A DNA stretch of 64,000 nucleotides. It comes from Ignavibacteriota bacterium. Its GTDB lineage: Bacteria; Bacteroidota; Ignavibacteria; UBA10030; UBA6906. The notes beneath the pieces were generated by a model. That model had not been told where the DNA came from. It saw only the letters and a list, made by a program, of their open reading frames with translations, and did not search any database. The DNA lies in NCBI GenBank assembly GCA_963801355.1, contig CAWDEM010000008.1:2848001-2912000 (forward strand). The letters are read 5' to 3'. Position numbers and translations under genes: made by a program. Positions within the stretch are counted from its first letter, which is position 1. Each line of letters begins with the position of its first letter. Positions 27,371 to 37,202 of the stretch are shown here, one piece after another.

Positions 27371-29131
27371 TTAGAACACCATTCTGTTCACGACTTGATT
27401 CGGGCTGAATTGCCGCAGGGTCTTCTCAAAGAACGCCGCAATGCCCAGGGGATTCCCCTGCACCGTGTTGTTTAGCAGGTGAAGCGGCAGACCGACAAAG
27501 ACGATTGTTTTCTGTCCGTCAATCACCGCAATATTCGGGGAGCCGGTGTATCGTTGCGGCACTCTGGTATCGGGCTGCAAGTGGTAAATGTACCGTGCAT
27601 CAGAGCGGCGGTAGACCGGTCTCAGGAACACCGAGTGGATGGTGGGGGATGCATTGAGCGCCAGCTGGGGATAGATGTCCGCCGGATTTGTGCTGTCGGG
27701 GTAGACGGCGTAGTTTGCCGGCAGGCGCGAGTCACCTGCCGATGGCGGCGGCGGAGCCGGCGGCGGCAATGTCACGCTGCTCACGCTGTCAATTGGCGCA
27801 AAATCACGCAGTGCACCGCGCGGATCGCTGGTGTTCAGAAACATCGTCGAGAAGAGCACGCGACCGCCGTTCTGCAGGTATGTGAATACCGTCAGCTGTG
27901 CCACGGCGAGGCTGGGAATTTCGTCGGTGTACCAGATGACATAATCGTAGAGCAGGAAGGTCTGCACAAGCGCCGGATCGGCAAATTGCGGTACCAGCCG
28001 TCCGAATTTGCCGGCTTCTTTTTCCGATGCCGTCAGGCCAAGACCGATATTCAACTGGTCCACACTGGCGAACTGCCCGCCGGGAACCGCTGCCAACGCG
28101 CTTTGATACGTCGACTGGGCCAGCTGCGCGTCAAACCGGGTATAGTCATTGACCAGAAGAAGTCTGCTGCCGGGTTTCTTGACATACCACCGGTCTGTGG
28201 AACCCGGGAGTCTCAGGGTCGGACTGTATTCACCGGCGACATCGCGGACTTGCACATACAGCGCGTTCTCGGCATTCAGTTTGAGATTGGGCAGCTGGCC
28301 GATGAGACGGCGCCCGAGGAATTTGCCGCTATAGAGGTCGGCCGTGACGGTGGCGCTCGCGGCATCGCTCCGCACCCGGGGCACGACGAGCGTCAGGATT
28401 GTGTCCCGCAGCGTCACGGTCACCCAGGCACCCGTTGCACCGGTATCATTGAGGGCGACGCGGTATGACGCCAGCGTGTTGTCGCCGTCCGGATCCGTTC
28501 CCTTGAAGCCTACCGTCGCCACGGTAAACGTCGTGTCGGGCAGCTTCTGCACGGTGTTGGGATCGTTTGGAGCGGGGAGCAAACCGATCGTTGGAGGTGT
28601 GTTGCGTATCGGAAACGTCTGCACGGCTCCCACCGGATCGACCGCCCTGCTCAGATCATCAAGGCGCGTATCGCTGCCATCGAACAGGCCATCGTCATCC
28701 TTGTCCCAGAATGGAAACGGCAGCATTCTCACCGCGCTCTGCTCCGGCAAGCCGGCGAAGCCGTTGTCCACCGCACGCACAACGACGGCAAACCTCCTGA
28801 ATAGGGTATCCATGGGAAAGAGCAGGGTGGAATCGTTCTTCGTCACCCAGGAGTAGCGCAATGTATCGGGCGACGGAAGGGTTGTCACGTTTCCGGACAC
28901 CACCTTGAAGGAAAACAAAAATCCGCGGACGAGTCCGTTCGGCGACTCGCCCCACCACCGCAGGCGAGTTCTGCTCACACCCGTGCCGATGTCGCCCTCG
29001 GGATAGAGCCACAGAAACGTCTGCGGTGGTTTTCCGGCCACCGGATTGTCTGCCACGTGTTCACTACAGGCAGACATCAGCAGCGTACACGCGAACAGCA
29101 ACGCAAGCAATATGGGAGTTGGGCGTGACAA
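27371..29131 (-). CDS. Large lipoprotein of unknown function
   Basis: Lipobox LMSAC after a TTG start; Ig-like segments and a DKDDDG calcium-loop-like motif. Confidence 0.75.
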   Translation of the reverse strand: MSRPTPILLALLFACTLLMSACSEHVADNPVAGKPPQTFLWLYPEGDIGTGVSRTRLRWWGESPNGLVRGFLFSFKVVSGNVTTLPSPDTLRYSWVTKNDSTLLFPMDTLFRRFAVVVRAVDNGFAGLPEQSAVRMLPFPFWDKDDDGLFDGSDTRLDDLSRAVDPVGAVQTFPIRNTPPTIGLLPAPNDPNTVQKLPDTTFTVATVGFKGTDPDGDNTLASYRVALNDTGATGAWVTVTLRDTILTLVVPRVRSDAASATVTADLYSGKFLGRRLIGQLPNLKLNAENALYVQVRDVAGEYSPTLRLPGSTDRWYVKKPGSRLLLVNDYTRFDAQLAQSTYQSALAAVPGGQFASVDQLNIGLGLTASEKEAGKFGRLVPQFADPALVQTFLLYDYVIWYTDEIPSLAVAQLTVFTYLQNGGRVLFSTMFLNTSDPRGALRDFAPIDSVSSVTLPPPAPPPPSAGDSRLPANYAVYPDSTNPADIYPQLALNASPTIHSVFLRPVYRRSDARYIYHLQPDTRVPQRYTGSPNIAVIDGQKTIVFVGLPLHLLNNTVQGNPLGIAAFFEKTLRQFSPNQVVNRMVF

Positions 29132-29165
29132 GATAGTGCGTGGATCCGTTTGACTTCGCTCACTG

Positions 29166-29204
29166 CATCCCCCTGCCCCACCGAAGACGGCGGGGAGGGG
29201 GATG
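29166..29204 (-). other. Intra-operon GC-rich stem-loop without U tract
   Basis: CATCCCCCT-G-CCCC...GGGG-AGGGGGATG inverted repeat. Confidence 0.7.
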
Positions 29205-29217
29205 AAATGATCATTGT

Positions 29218-31473
29218 TTACTTCAAGAGTACCATCTTCTTTACCGCGCTGAACGAGCCGCTCTGGATGCGGACGAAGTAGAGGCCGCTAGACAATGCAG
29301 ATGCGTTGAACCGCACCGTGTATGCCCCCGGCGCCTTCATTTCGTTCACCAGCGTGGCGACCTCCTGCCCGAGCAGATTATACACTTTCAGCGTGGTCAT
29401 CCCCGCCGCCGGCAGCATGTACTGAATCATCGTGCTGGGGTTGAACGGATTCGGGTAGTTCTGAGCAAGTGCGTATGCTGCCGGCACATCCGTCCCTGAC
29501 CTATCCGCAACGTCCGTAAACACCACGTCCACAAAGTCTGCATCCGTGCGCGGCACGAACTTGTACTGCTGAAAGCTGTAATACACAATACCCGTAAGCG
29601 AGCCGATCTTGTCCCCTACACGCAGGATCGTCTTGCCACTGCTGGTGTCGGCAGGAACGTTGGAATACTTGTTCTTGCCGCTCCGCTGGACAACCACCCC
29701 ACCGCTCCCGTCATTCACGTTGTATTCGGTCGGATCGGAGAACGTCGGATAGATGTCAGTGACCGTCACATTGTTCAGACGCACGAGCATCCCTTCGTAC
29801 GCCTCTGCGGAGGCAATGCCGTTACTCGCGTTCAGCGAGCCCGTCGTCCGCACAACCGCTACCGGCTCGGCGTTGCCGCTCGACACTTTTACTATACCGG
29901 TGATGTTACCAAGCCGTGTGACATCAAACTGCTCCTGCACCGTACCGGTGACGCTGATGCTGTCGCCGTTCCGCAGTGCGGCCATCTGCCGTTGTGCTAT
30001 CGTATCAGCCGTTGTCAACCATATCCCGCTCCAGGGCTGATTCGTGCTCTGCATGTACCAGGCATTCGTGCTGCCCCCGGTAGCCGGGGAGAGGGATATC
30101 CGCAACGTATCCGCAGTCATGATACCCGACAGCGTCACCACCGCGCCGAGATAGGGACTCCTGCCGTTGATATACGGTGTGTACTGCACGTCGGCAATCG
30201 TCAAGGCACGCGCGAGGGAGGTGTAGAAGAAGGCGCCAAAGGATGTGTCCGCCGCGATTCCACTGTTCGCGGAGGAATTTGCGAGACGGACAACCTGCGC
30301 GAAGGAGTCTACTACCTGTATGAAGTACTTCACGGTCATGTTGGCGACCTGTTTGGGAATCACACCCACGTACGTGGTATCCGACGCCTGATAGTTCATG
30401 GGCACCGTCTGATATGGGGCGTTGTTCACACTGTAGAGAAGCGAGACCGTATTGGGGGAAGACCCGTTCGTCTGTTTGGTCACCTTGACACTGACCGTTG
30501 CCGTCGTGTCGGGGGTGACGATCACGGGGTTCCGGCGGTGCGTGGTGATAAGCGGCGGCACGGGATTGGGGTTGAAGACGATGTCTCCCGGATAAATCGG
30601 GCAGATTCGGTATCCGCGGGGCGCTTCCTGTCCTGACGAAGTCGTGATTATTCCGCGGAGCGTGTCAATGCGTGCCCCGGTTCCGAGGTTCTCGTAAATC
30701 TTTGCCCAGTTCGAGTCCGGTGGCCAGAGAGGAAGTTGGCTCGTCCCGTGGCCGAGCGTAAAATAGTGCGACCAGTCGTAATCACTGATTTCGTTGCCGA
30801 ACGCATCCACAACACTGAATGTCCCCCGGCCTGTGTTCACTTTGTTGTTGAAGGTGACATCGTGAATCTCCACGTACATTCCTTCCAGAGGCTCCCCGCC
30901 GGAATACAGGATTTTTCCCACGGGGGAGAGGCCGGTGTAGAAATCTCCGGTTTTCTTCACGACGGGTTTTGGCAGTGGCGCAGTTCCGATGATGGTGATG
31001 GGGTTGCCGGCGAGCGGCGCAATCTGTGTCGCGCTGAAGCCGCGGTTAACGGGAAACTCGCTGATGACACCGGTGAGCGTGATGATATCGCCGGGCGTGA
31101 CGTTCAGGAATCCGTCTTGCTTGAGCTTCGTGGAGTCAGCCAGGTTTCCACGCAGGAGAATGCCGGCATATTGTTTGATACCCGATGTGGTGTCGTACAG
31201 CAGCATGGTCCAGATATCCGTCGTATACGTGATGACACCCGGGGGCACGACGACAATACCGACCGTCGTCACAGTATCACCCATATACGGCGATGTTTGC
31301 AGGGTCCACCGGACTTGATTGACATTGACGCTGAAATTCCTCAGCGTGTCGGCAACAGTCAACGACTCCGCCGGAACCTCCTGCAACTGCCGTATGCTGG
31401 CAAAAGGATATTGCGCCGTGGCGACCATCGCCATAGCAACGAGCAACACCATCACCGCTATCAGTCTGTTCAT
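29218..31473 (-). CDS. T9SS-secreted protein with tandem OB-fold (YhcR/ExeM-like) modules
   Basis: Two SPYxGxxVT...GDxIxxTG...EGMxV modules; CTD QNYPNPFNPST...KKMVLLK; GGAGG RBS. Confidence 0.8.
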   Translation of the reverse strand: MNRLIAVMVLLVAMAMVATAQYPFASIRQLQEVPAESLTVADTLRNFSVNVNQVRWTLQTSPYMGDTVTTVGIVVVPPGVITYTTDIWTMLLYDTTSGIKQYAGILLRGNLADSTKLKQDGFLNVTPGDIITLTGVISEFPVNRGFSATQIAPLAGNPITIIGTAPLPKPVVKKTGDFYTGLSPVGKILYSGGEPLEGMYVEIHDVTFNNKVNTGRGTFSVVDAFGNEISDYDWSHYFTLGHGTSQLPLWPPDSNWAKIYENLGTGARIDTLRGIITTSSGQEAPRGYRICPIYPGDIVFNPNPVPPLITTHRRNPVIVTPDTTATVSVKVTKQTNGSSPNTVSLLYSVNNAPYQTVPMNYQASDTTYVGVIPKQVANMTVKYFIQVVDSFAQVVRLANSSANSGIAADTSFGAFFYTSLARALTIADVQYTPYINGRSPYLGAVVTLSGIMTADTLRISLSPATGGSTNAWYMQSTNQPWSGIWLTTADTIAQRQMAALRNGDSISVTGTVQEQFDVTRLGNITGIVKVSSGNAEPVAVVRTTGSLNASNGIASAEAYEGMLVRLNNVTVTDIYPTFSDPTEYNVNDGSGGVVVQRSGKNKYSNVPADTSSGKTILRVGDKIGSLTGIVYYSFQQYKFVPRTDADFVDVVFTDVADRSGTDVPAAYALAQNYPNPFNPSTMIQYMLPAAGMTTLKVYNLLGQEVATLVNEMKAPGAYTVRFNASALSSGLYFVRIQSGSFSAVKKMVLLK

Positions 31474-31506
31474 CGTACTCCTCCGTACAAGAAATTGTGC
31501 ATGTAG

Positions 31507-33636
31507 TTATTTGATGATTAAGAATTTTCCTGTCTGAATATCTCCGCTGTCCGTGTCCTTCACGCTGAACAGGTACAAACCGGTGGCAATCGCCTGGTCG
31601 AACTTCGTAATCAGATCCCACGCATGTTCGCCGCCCGACATCTGCAGTGGCACGTCGTTTCCGCCGAACCGCTGGAACCAGTTGATGTCCGCACCGCTGT
31701 ATGTCGCTGCATCGTGCGCGAACTCGGCAATGATGTCCCCCGCAAGCGTGTAAATCCTCACTTCGCACCGCCCGGGGAGATTGGTGAAGTAGAGCTTTCT
31801 CGTCCGTTCCCCGCCGGCATCCCAGATCGCATTCGCATAGTAGGGGTTCGGGTAGACGCCCACCCTTTTCGTCCCGTCATTCGGGGCGGTGCCGGGAATC
31901 ACGCGGGCAAGGACGGTCTTGCTTTCCAGCGAGGTGACACCCGCCGAAGAGTCGCCCTGATCGAACGCTGCAACCCCGTAGACGTATTGCCATCCGTTCA
32001 GATGACTGATCGCGACATCCCGGGGCGGAAAGCGGTACCAGTACTGCACGGTGTCGCCCGTGAAGATCTTTGGCTGATCCAGCAGGATTCTTCCGAAGCC
32101 GGTGTTGTAGCCGATGTTGTCGTCGGCGCGGTCAAACTCGCCGACAAGCGGAAGATTCAGCAATAGGTTGGCAGGATCGGTGAAATCCGTTCCCGCATTG
32201 GACCGGTAGATGCGGTAGCCGGCAAAATCAAGCGAACGGGAAATAGGGTCGAGTGACAGCTCGGCACTGGACTTGTCCCAGTACACCGCCACATTCTGGT
32301 TCTCCACCTCCGCACGTACTTTGGGAGCCCTGGGCGGCTGCGGCAGACGATAGTGATCGAGTTTTCCGTTGCCATTCAGGTCCTCACCGGCATCCAGAAG
32401 ATTGTTGCCGTTCACATCCTCGCCATCATAGGCCTGCTGGCACAGGTTTGCGTTTGCCATGAGCTTGCTCCGCTGTTCGCGGGTGTCCTGCCGGGCCGGC
32501 TGCGTTCCCGTCTTCCGCGCACAGATCACACCAAAAACAACGTTGAGCGAATCTCCCGGTCTGAGTGTGGCGAACGGACCGGAGGAGAGCAGGGTCGTCA
32601 TGTTGTCCGCCTGTGTGCGCAGCGGAACAATCTTGTCCGGCGGAAGTGAAGCTGCCAGGCGTTCATATCTGCTTCTCGCTCCGAGGATGTTCTCCGCGTC
32701 GTCCTGGGGGGAGAAATAGTCAATGTCGCCGCTGGAACTGCTAAAACGCCAGGCGTTGTAGTAGGTCCGGCGCGCCAGTGCACCCACCGAGTCAATCTCA
32801 TTGGGGAAGGGAACGGCTCCCAGGAGTTTGATGCCGATATAGGAATCCGCGGCTGGGGGTGTGGGGATGCCGTCGAAATCGAACGTATATCCCATGCGCA
32901 GAGTGTCAAGGTATCCGTTTCCGCCGTGCTGAAAGTAGCCCGTTGTCCCCGGTCTGACACTGTTGGTGTTGCGCACGACGTTGTTCGTCCAGAGTCCGAC
33001 GTACACGGAATCAAGCGTGTCCACGCCGGCATTGTAGACCGTGTAGTTGAGAATGACAAAGAAATCGGCAAACGGGAAGTTCCACGCATAGCTTTCCTGA
33101 TGCACGCGCAAACCAAGGGGAACACTCTGGTCGGGCGCCGTACTGTCGCGCACGAGAAAATCGGAATAGTCAGCCAGGAAATCCTGGTGGCTGATGGCAT
33201 TCTGGTCAAAATAAGGAAGTTCTGAGAGAGAAGACCGTTGAACGATGGATGTTTCCTGGAAGGAGCGGAACTCGATTCCCTTGCCGGTCGTGGTGGACAC
33301 GCGGTCACTGGAACCGGTGGAGACATGGATCTGGCCGGTCCGCCTCGAAACCGCACCTACCCAGAGCGCACCCTGATACAAGTGCTCCACCCGGGAACCG
33401 CGGGGATATTCACAGGATGGTTGGTTCGGCCAGTAGGCATTCCGGGTGCCGATTGTGCCGAAGTTGGTGACCGTCAGCCCGATGCTGCCCGCTGTGGTAT
33501 AGAATCGATCCGTGTCCTCCTGGATTTTCTGGAGCCCGGGAAGTGAAACGCGGTCGTCGTCGCCCGTCTGTGCCACAAACCCGGGGGCTAGCAATGACAG
33601 ACAGAGACCCCCCCCAAGTAAGCCCTTACGGATCAA
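31507..33636 (-). CDS. Secreted hypothetical protein with FnIII-like segment, Ca-binding loops and an atypical T9SS-like C-terminus
   Basis: TNFGTIG..CEYPRGS, GEDVNGNNLLDAGEDLNGNGKLD, FAGYRIYRS, VYPNPY...FTNLP..IYTLAGD..WDL..GLYLF..GKFLIIK. TTG 33636 chosen because the promoter lies inside the ORF-track extension. Confidence 0.8.
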   Translation of the reverse strand: MIRKGLLGGGLCLSLLAPGFVAQTGDDDRVSLPGLQKIQEDTDRFYTTAGSIGLTVTNFGTIGTRNAYWPNQPSCEYPRGSRVEHLYQGALWVGAVSRRTGQIHVSTGSSDRVSTTTGKGIEFRSFQETSIVQRSSLSELPYFDQNAISHQDFLADYSDFLVRDSTAPDQSVPLGLRVHQESYAWNFPFADFFVILNYTVYNAGVDTLDSVYVGLWTNNVVRNTNSVRPGTTGYFQHGGNGYLDTLRMGYTFDFDGIPTPPAADSYIGIKLLGAVPFPNEIDSVGALARRTYYNAWRFSSSSGDIDYFSPQDDAENILGARSRYERLAASLPPDKIVPLRTQADNMTTLLSSGPFATLRPGDSLNVVFGVICARKTGTQPARQDTREQRSKLMANANLCQQAYDGEDVNGNNLLDAGEDLNGNGKLDHYRLPQPPRAPKVRAEVENQNVAVYWDKSSAELSLDPISRSLDFAGYRIYRSNAGTDFTDPANLLLNLPLVGEFDRADDNIGYNTGFGRILLDQPKIFTGDTVQYWYRFPPRDVAISHLNGWQYVYGVAAFDQGDSSAGVTSLESKTVLARVIPGTAPNDGTKRVGVYPNPYYANAIWDAGGERTRKLYFTNLPGRCEVRIYTLAGDIIAEFAHDAATYSGADINWFQRFGGNDVPLQMSGGEHAWDLITKFDQAIATGLYLFSVKDTDSGDIQTGKFLIIK

Positions 33637-33675
33637 TTGCGAGTATCCATTGGTGACGTGAACGAAGGAATTAAT

Positions 33676-33704
33676 AGTATACCCCTTTGGGGCTGGAAAG
33701 TCAA
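33676..33704 (-). promoter_or_regulatory. Near-consensus promoter TTGACT-N17-TATACT heading the seven-gene envelope operon
   Basis: -35 at 33704-33699, -10 at 33681-33676. Confidence 0.8.
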
Positions 33705-33746
33705 GTTGCATTTCTGAGGGAATTTTGGCACTTTTCTGTACGAACG

Positions 33747-35948
33747 ATGACGTTTCTCAACCCACTGGTGCTGTTTGGCCTCGCAGCGGCGGCCATCCCC
33801 ATTTTGATCCACCTGCTGAACATCCGTAAACTGAAGGTCATTGATTTCAGCTCTCTCCGGTTTCTCAAGGAGCTGCAGAAGACACGGATGCGCCGTCTGA
33901 AGCTCCGGCAGTGGCTCATACTCCTGTTGCGAACGCTTTTGATCATTTTTCTCGTGCTCGCCTTTTCCCGTCCCGCTCTGAAAGGTTCGTTTGCTGGACC
34001 GGGCGGTGGGCGTGCATCAAGCACGGTGGTCATCCTTCTGGACGATTCTCCGAGCATGGGAATGAGAAACGACCACGGAGTGCTGTTTGACCAGGCACGC
34101 GAAGCCGCTTCACAGCTCCTGAGCACGACCCCGGCTTCCGATGAGGTCTACCTTTTCCTCCTCTCGGATATTTTTGATCCCCATGCCGCGCCGGTCCCGG
34201 TGACTCCCGAGGCGGCATTAAAAGCCCTGAAGGGAATGGCTGTATCGCAGCGGTCGGTGCCGTACACTTCCTTTGTCGCACGCGCACTTCGTGTACTGGC
34301 GTCATCCCATAATGCAAACAAGGAAATCGTGCTGATGACCGACGGTCAGGGAACCGCCTTCTCGCTTGCGGACACAGCGGCGCTTGCGGATCTGCCGCAC
34401 GGCACGGACGCAGGCGTGTTCCTGACCGAGATCCTGCCGTCTCTTCGCGACAACGGTGCGGTGACATCGCTGACTGTGGAAAGCCGCCTCCTCTCCCTGC
34501 AACGCCCGATTGCCTTCCGCGGCACACTGACAAATTTTGGCAACCGGCCGATCACCAACACGCTGGCGAGTCTCTATCTGGATGGGGCGCGCGTCGCCCA
34601 GCAATCCGTGAGCGTGGCACCCCATGCGACCGCCGCTGTTTCGATGGCCGCGGTGGCAAAACGGAGGGGCGTTCTTACTGCATCACTGCGTATCGACGAC
34701 GACGTGCTGGACATCGACAACAGCCGCTTCTGTGTGCTTCGCATTCCCGCCCGGATAGCCGTCACGTGCATCGGCACGACTGCCGCCGATACGCGATTCC
34801 CGAGCCTAGCACTCGCTACCGCAGCCGATTCCACACAGGCCGGCGTCTTCAGTGTACAACAGATCACACGCGACCGCATACAGTTCACCGACATCAGCGC
34901 CCGGGATGTTCTCGTGCTGTGCAATATCCGCTCTTTGACCCCCTCCGAAGTCACCCGCATCGCCGGGGCTGTCAAGTCTGGCAGGAGCCTGGTACTCTTC
35001 CCGGGCAAGGAGACGGACTATACGGAGATGAACAAGGGGCTTCTCGCGGCACTCGGAATCCCCGCTGTCACGCCTGCTGATCCGGGTCTGCTGGCACCCG
35101 GGCAGACGGGTTTTCTGAGTTTCTCCACCGTCGACTACGGACACCCGATCTTCGAGGGGATGTTTCTCCAGGAACCGGGCAAACGCGGCAGTGCTCCGGC
35201 CATCGAATCTCCCCGCATCCGGACCGCAGCCGGCCTCCGCACAGGCACAACCGGTATGGCGATCGTCAGCATGAGCGACGGACGACCGTTCCTGTGCGAA
35301 TACACTGCAGGCAAAGGGCGTGTGCTCATGTTTGCCGTTGAGAGCGGGGCTACATGGTCGGATTTTCCTTTCAAGGGGGTATTTGCTCCGCTTCTGCACC
35401 GTTCAATCATGTATCTTGTCTCGCAACACGGGGACATTGAAGATGCCACCGTGGGGGATCGTCTCAGGTTTCCCGTGCGCATGACGGCGGAAGAATCGGG
35501 CCGGGGGTATCTGGTACGGTCTCCTTCCGGAGGCGAAGAGCGCGTGCAACCCGAGCAGCACGCCGCATCGGGGATCACGGTTTTTCAGACCTCGCCGTCC
35601 AGGGAAACCGGATCATATTTGCTTCTGCCGGCAAATGGTGCACCGAACAGCACGGAGCCGATGCAGGCGATCGCGGTGAACACCGCCGCCCCTGAGTCGG
35701 ATCTCGCGCAGGTCGAAGAAGAGGCGCTGTCGGCGTTCTGGAATCGCATGGGGATACCGGCGGAACGGGTCCGGCGCCTCGACGCGCCGGGCGATCTGCT
35801 TCGTGTTGTGCGGGAGGCCCGCATCGGCGTCGAGCTCTGGGCATATTTCCTTGCACTGGCTCTTGCCTGCGCCCTCATAGAAATGGCGCTCGGCAGGGCG
35901 GGTGCATCCACCATCGACAAGGAGGGTCATGTTGAACACAGCCAGTAA
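33747..35948 (+). CDS. BatA/aerotolerance N-terminal double-TM + vWA domain membrane protein
   Basis: MTFLNP...IPILIHL...FSSLRFL...LAFSRP; MIDAS-like LDDSPSM; TDGQ; C-terminal ELWAYFL TM. Confidence 0.88.
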   Translation: MTFLNPLVLFGLAAAAIPILIHLLNIRKLKVIDFSSLRFLKELQKTRMRRLKLRQWLILLLRTLLIIFLVLAFSRPALKGSFAGPGGGRASSTVVILLDDSPSMGMRNDHGVLFDQAREAASQLLSTTPASDEVYLFLLSDIFDPHAAPVPVTPEAALKALKGMAVSQRSVPYTSFVARALRVLASSHNANKEIVLMTDGQGTAFSLADTAALADLPHGTDAGVFLTEILPSLRDNGAVTSLTVESRLLSLQRPIAFRGTLTNFGNRPITNTLASLYLDGARVAQQSVSVAPHATAAVSMAAVAKRRGVLTASLRIDDDVLDIDNSRFCVLRIPARIAVTCIGTTAADTRFPSLALATAADSTQAGVFSVQQITRDRIQFTDISARDVLVLCNIRSLTPSEVTRIAGAVKSGRSLVLFPGKETDYTEMNKGLLAALGIPAVTPADPGLLAPGQTGFLSFSTVDYGHPIFEGMFLQEPGKRGSAPAIESPRIRTAAGLRTGTTGMAIVSMSDGRPFLCEYTAGKGRVLMFAVESGATWSDFPFKGVFAPLLHRSIMYLVSQHGDIEDATVGDRLRFPVRMTAEESGRGYLVRSPSGGEERVQPEQHAASGITVFQTSPSRETGSYLLLPANGAPNSTEPMQAIAVNTAAPESDLAQVEEEALSAFWNRMGIPAERVRRLDAPGDLLRVVREARIGVELWAYFLALALACALIEMALGRAGASTIDKEGHVEHSQ

Positions 35949-37179
35949 CCGGGAGCGCGCCATCCTCGTCGGAGTGACACTGCAGGCGTCGGGACGCGAA
36001 CGGACGCAGGAATACCTTCAGGAATTGACGCTGCTTGCCGACACGGCGGGAGCCGAGGTCGTCGCACAGATCATTCAGGAACGCCACTCTATCGATGCCG
36101 CGTTCTACATCGGCAAGGGGAAGGCTGAAGAGATTGCGTTCCTGGTCGAAGAGAAAAGCGCCACCCTGGTGATCTTTGACGATGACCTGAGCGCGGTCCA
36201 GGTCCGCAATCTCCAGAAATTGTTCAAGGTCAAGATCCTGGACCGGAGCGGCGTGATCCTCTCCATTTTCGCCTCACGGGCGCGGACCCGCGAGGCAAAG
36301 ACTCAGGTGGAGCTGGCGCAATTGCAGTATATGCTTCCCCGCCTCACACGGCAGTGGACACATCTTTCGAAGCAATACGGCGGCATCGGCACCAAGGGCC
36401 CGGGCGAGACGCAAATTGAGACCGACCGGCGGGTGCTGCGCACGCGCATCGGCACACTCAAGGAGAAGCTCACCCAGATTGACCGTGAACGTGCCATCCA
36501 GCGCAAGGGACGCGAGCACTTCACACGCATCGCGCTGGTGGGCTACACCAACGCGGGAAAATCCACGGTGTTGAACTGGTTTTCCGCCGCCGATGTGCTC
36601 GCGGAAGACCGGCTGTTTGCCACGCTCGACTCAACCGTGCGGCTGGTCAAACTCTCCCCCGTCCATGTCGTGCTGCTCTCCGACACCGTAGGCTTCATCC
36701 GGAAACTCCCGCATCACCTGGTCGCGTCGTTTAAGAGCACACTCGATGAAGTGCGCGAGGCGGACATGCTCCTGCACATCGTGGATGTCAGCCATCACCT
36801 TTTCGAGGAACAGATGACAGTGGTGCATGAGACGCTCGACGACATCGGCGCAACGGGAAAACCTACCATCATCGTGTTCAACAAGATTGACCGGCTTCCC
36901 AACCGCAATGTCGTGGGGTACCTCACGTCGAATCATCCGGAAGCGGCATTTGTTTCCGCCACGCGAGGCATCGGCATGAACGCGTTGCAGGAGAAACTCA
37001 TTACGATCCTGGATGCGGAGGTCGTGGAGCAGGAAATCAACGTCAGACACAAGGACTACGCCATCATCGCACGGATACATGAAGCCGGCCAGGTACTCTC
37101 CACGGAGTACGACGGAGAGATGGTGCGCCTGCGGTTCCGCATGCGGAAAGTGCTCGTGGAACGGCTCTTAAAGAAATAA
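35929..37179 (+). CDS. hflX: Ribosome-splitting GTPase HflX
   Basis: GPGETQIETDRR, GYTNAGKS, LFATLD, DTVGF, NKID; AGGAGG RBS before ATG 35929. Confidence 0.96.
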   Translation: MLNTASNRERAILVGVTLQASGRERTQEYLQELTLLADTAGAEVVAQIIQERHSIDAAFYIGKGKAEEIAFLVEEKSATLVIFDDDLSAVQVRNLQKLFKVKILDRSGVILSIFASRARTREAKTQVELAQLQYMLPRLTRQWTHLSKQYGGIGTKGPGETQIETDRRVLRTRIGTLKEKLTQIDRERAIQRKGREHFTRIALVGYTNAGKSTVLNWFSAADVLAEDRLFATLDSTVRLVKLSPVHVVLLSDTVGFIRKLPHHLVASFKSTLDEVREADMLLHIVDVSHHLFEEQMTVVHETLDDIGATGKPTIIVFNKIDRLPNRNVVGYLTSNHPEAAFVSATRGIGMNALQEKLITILDAEVVEQEINVRHKDYAIIARIHEAGQVLSTEYDGEMVRLRFRMRKVLVERLLKK

Positions 37180-37202
37180 CCACTCACTGCCCGGAATATC
37201 AC

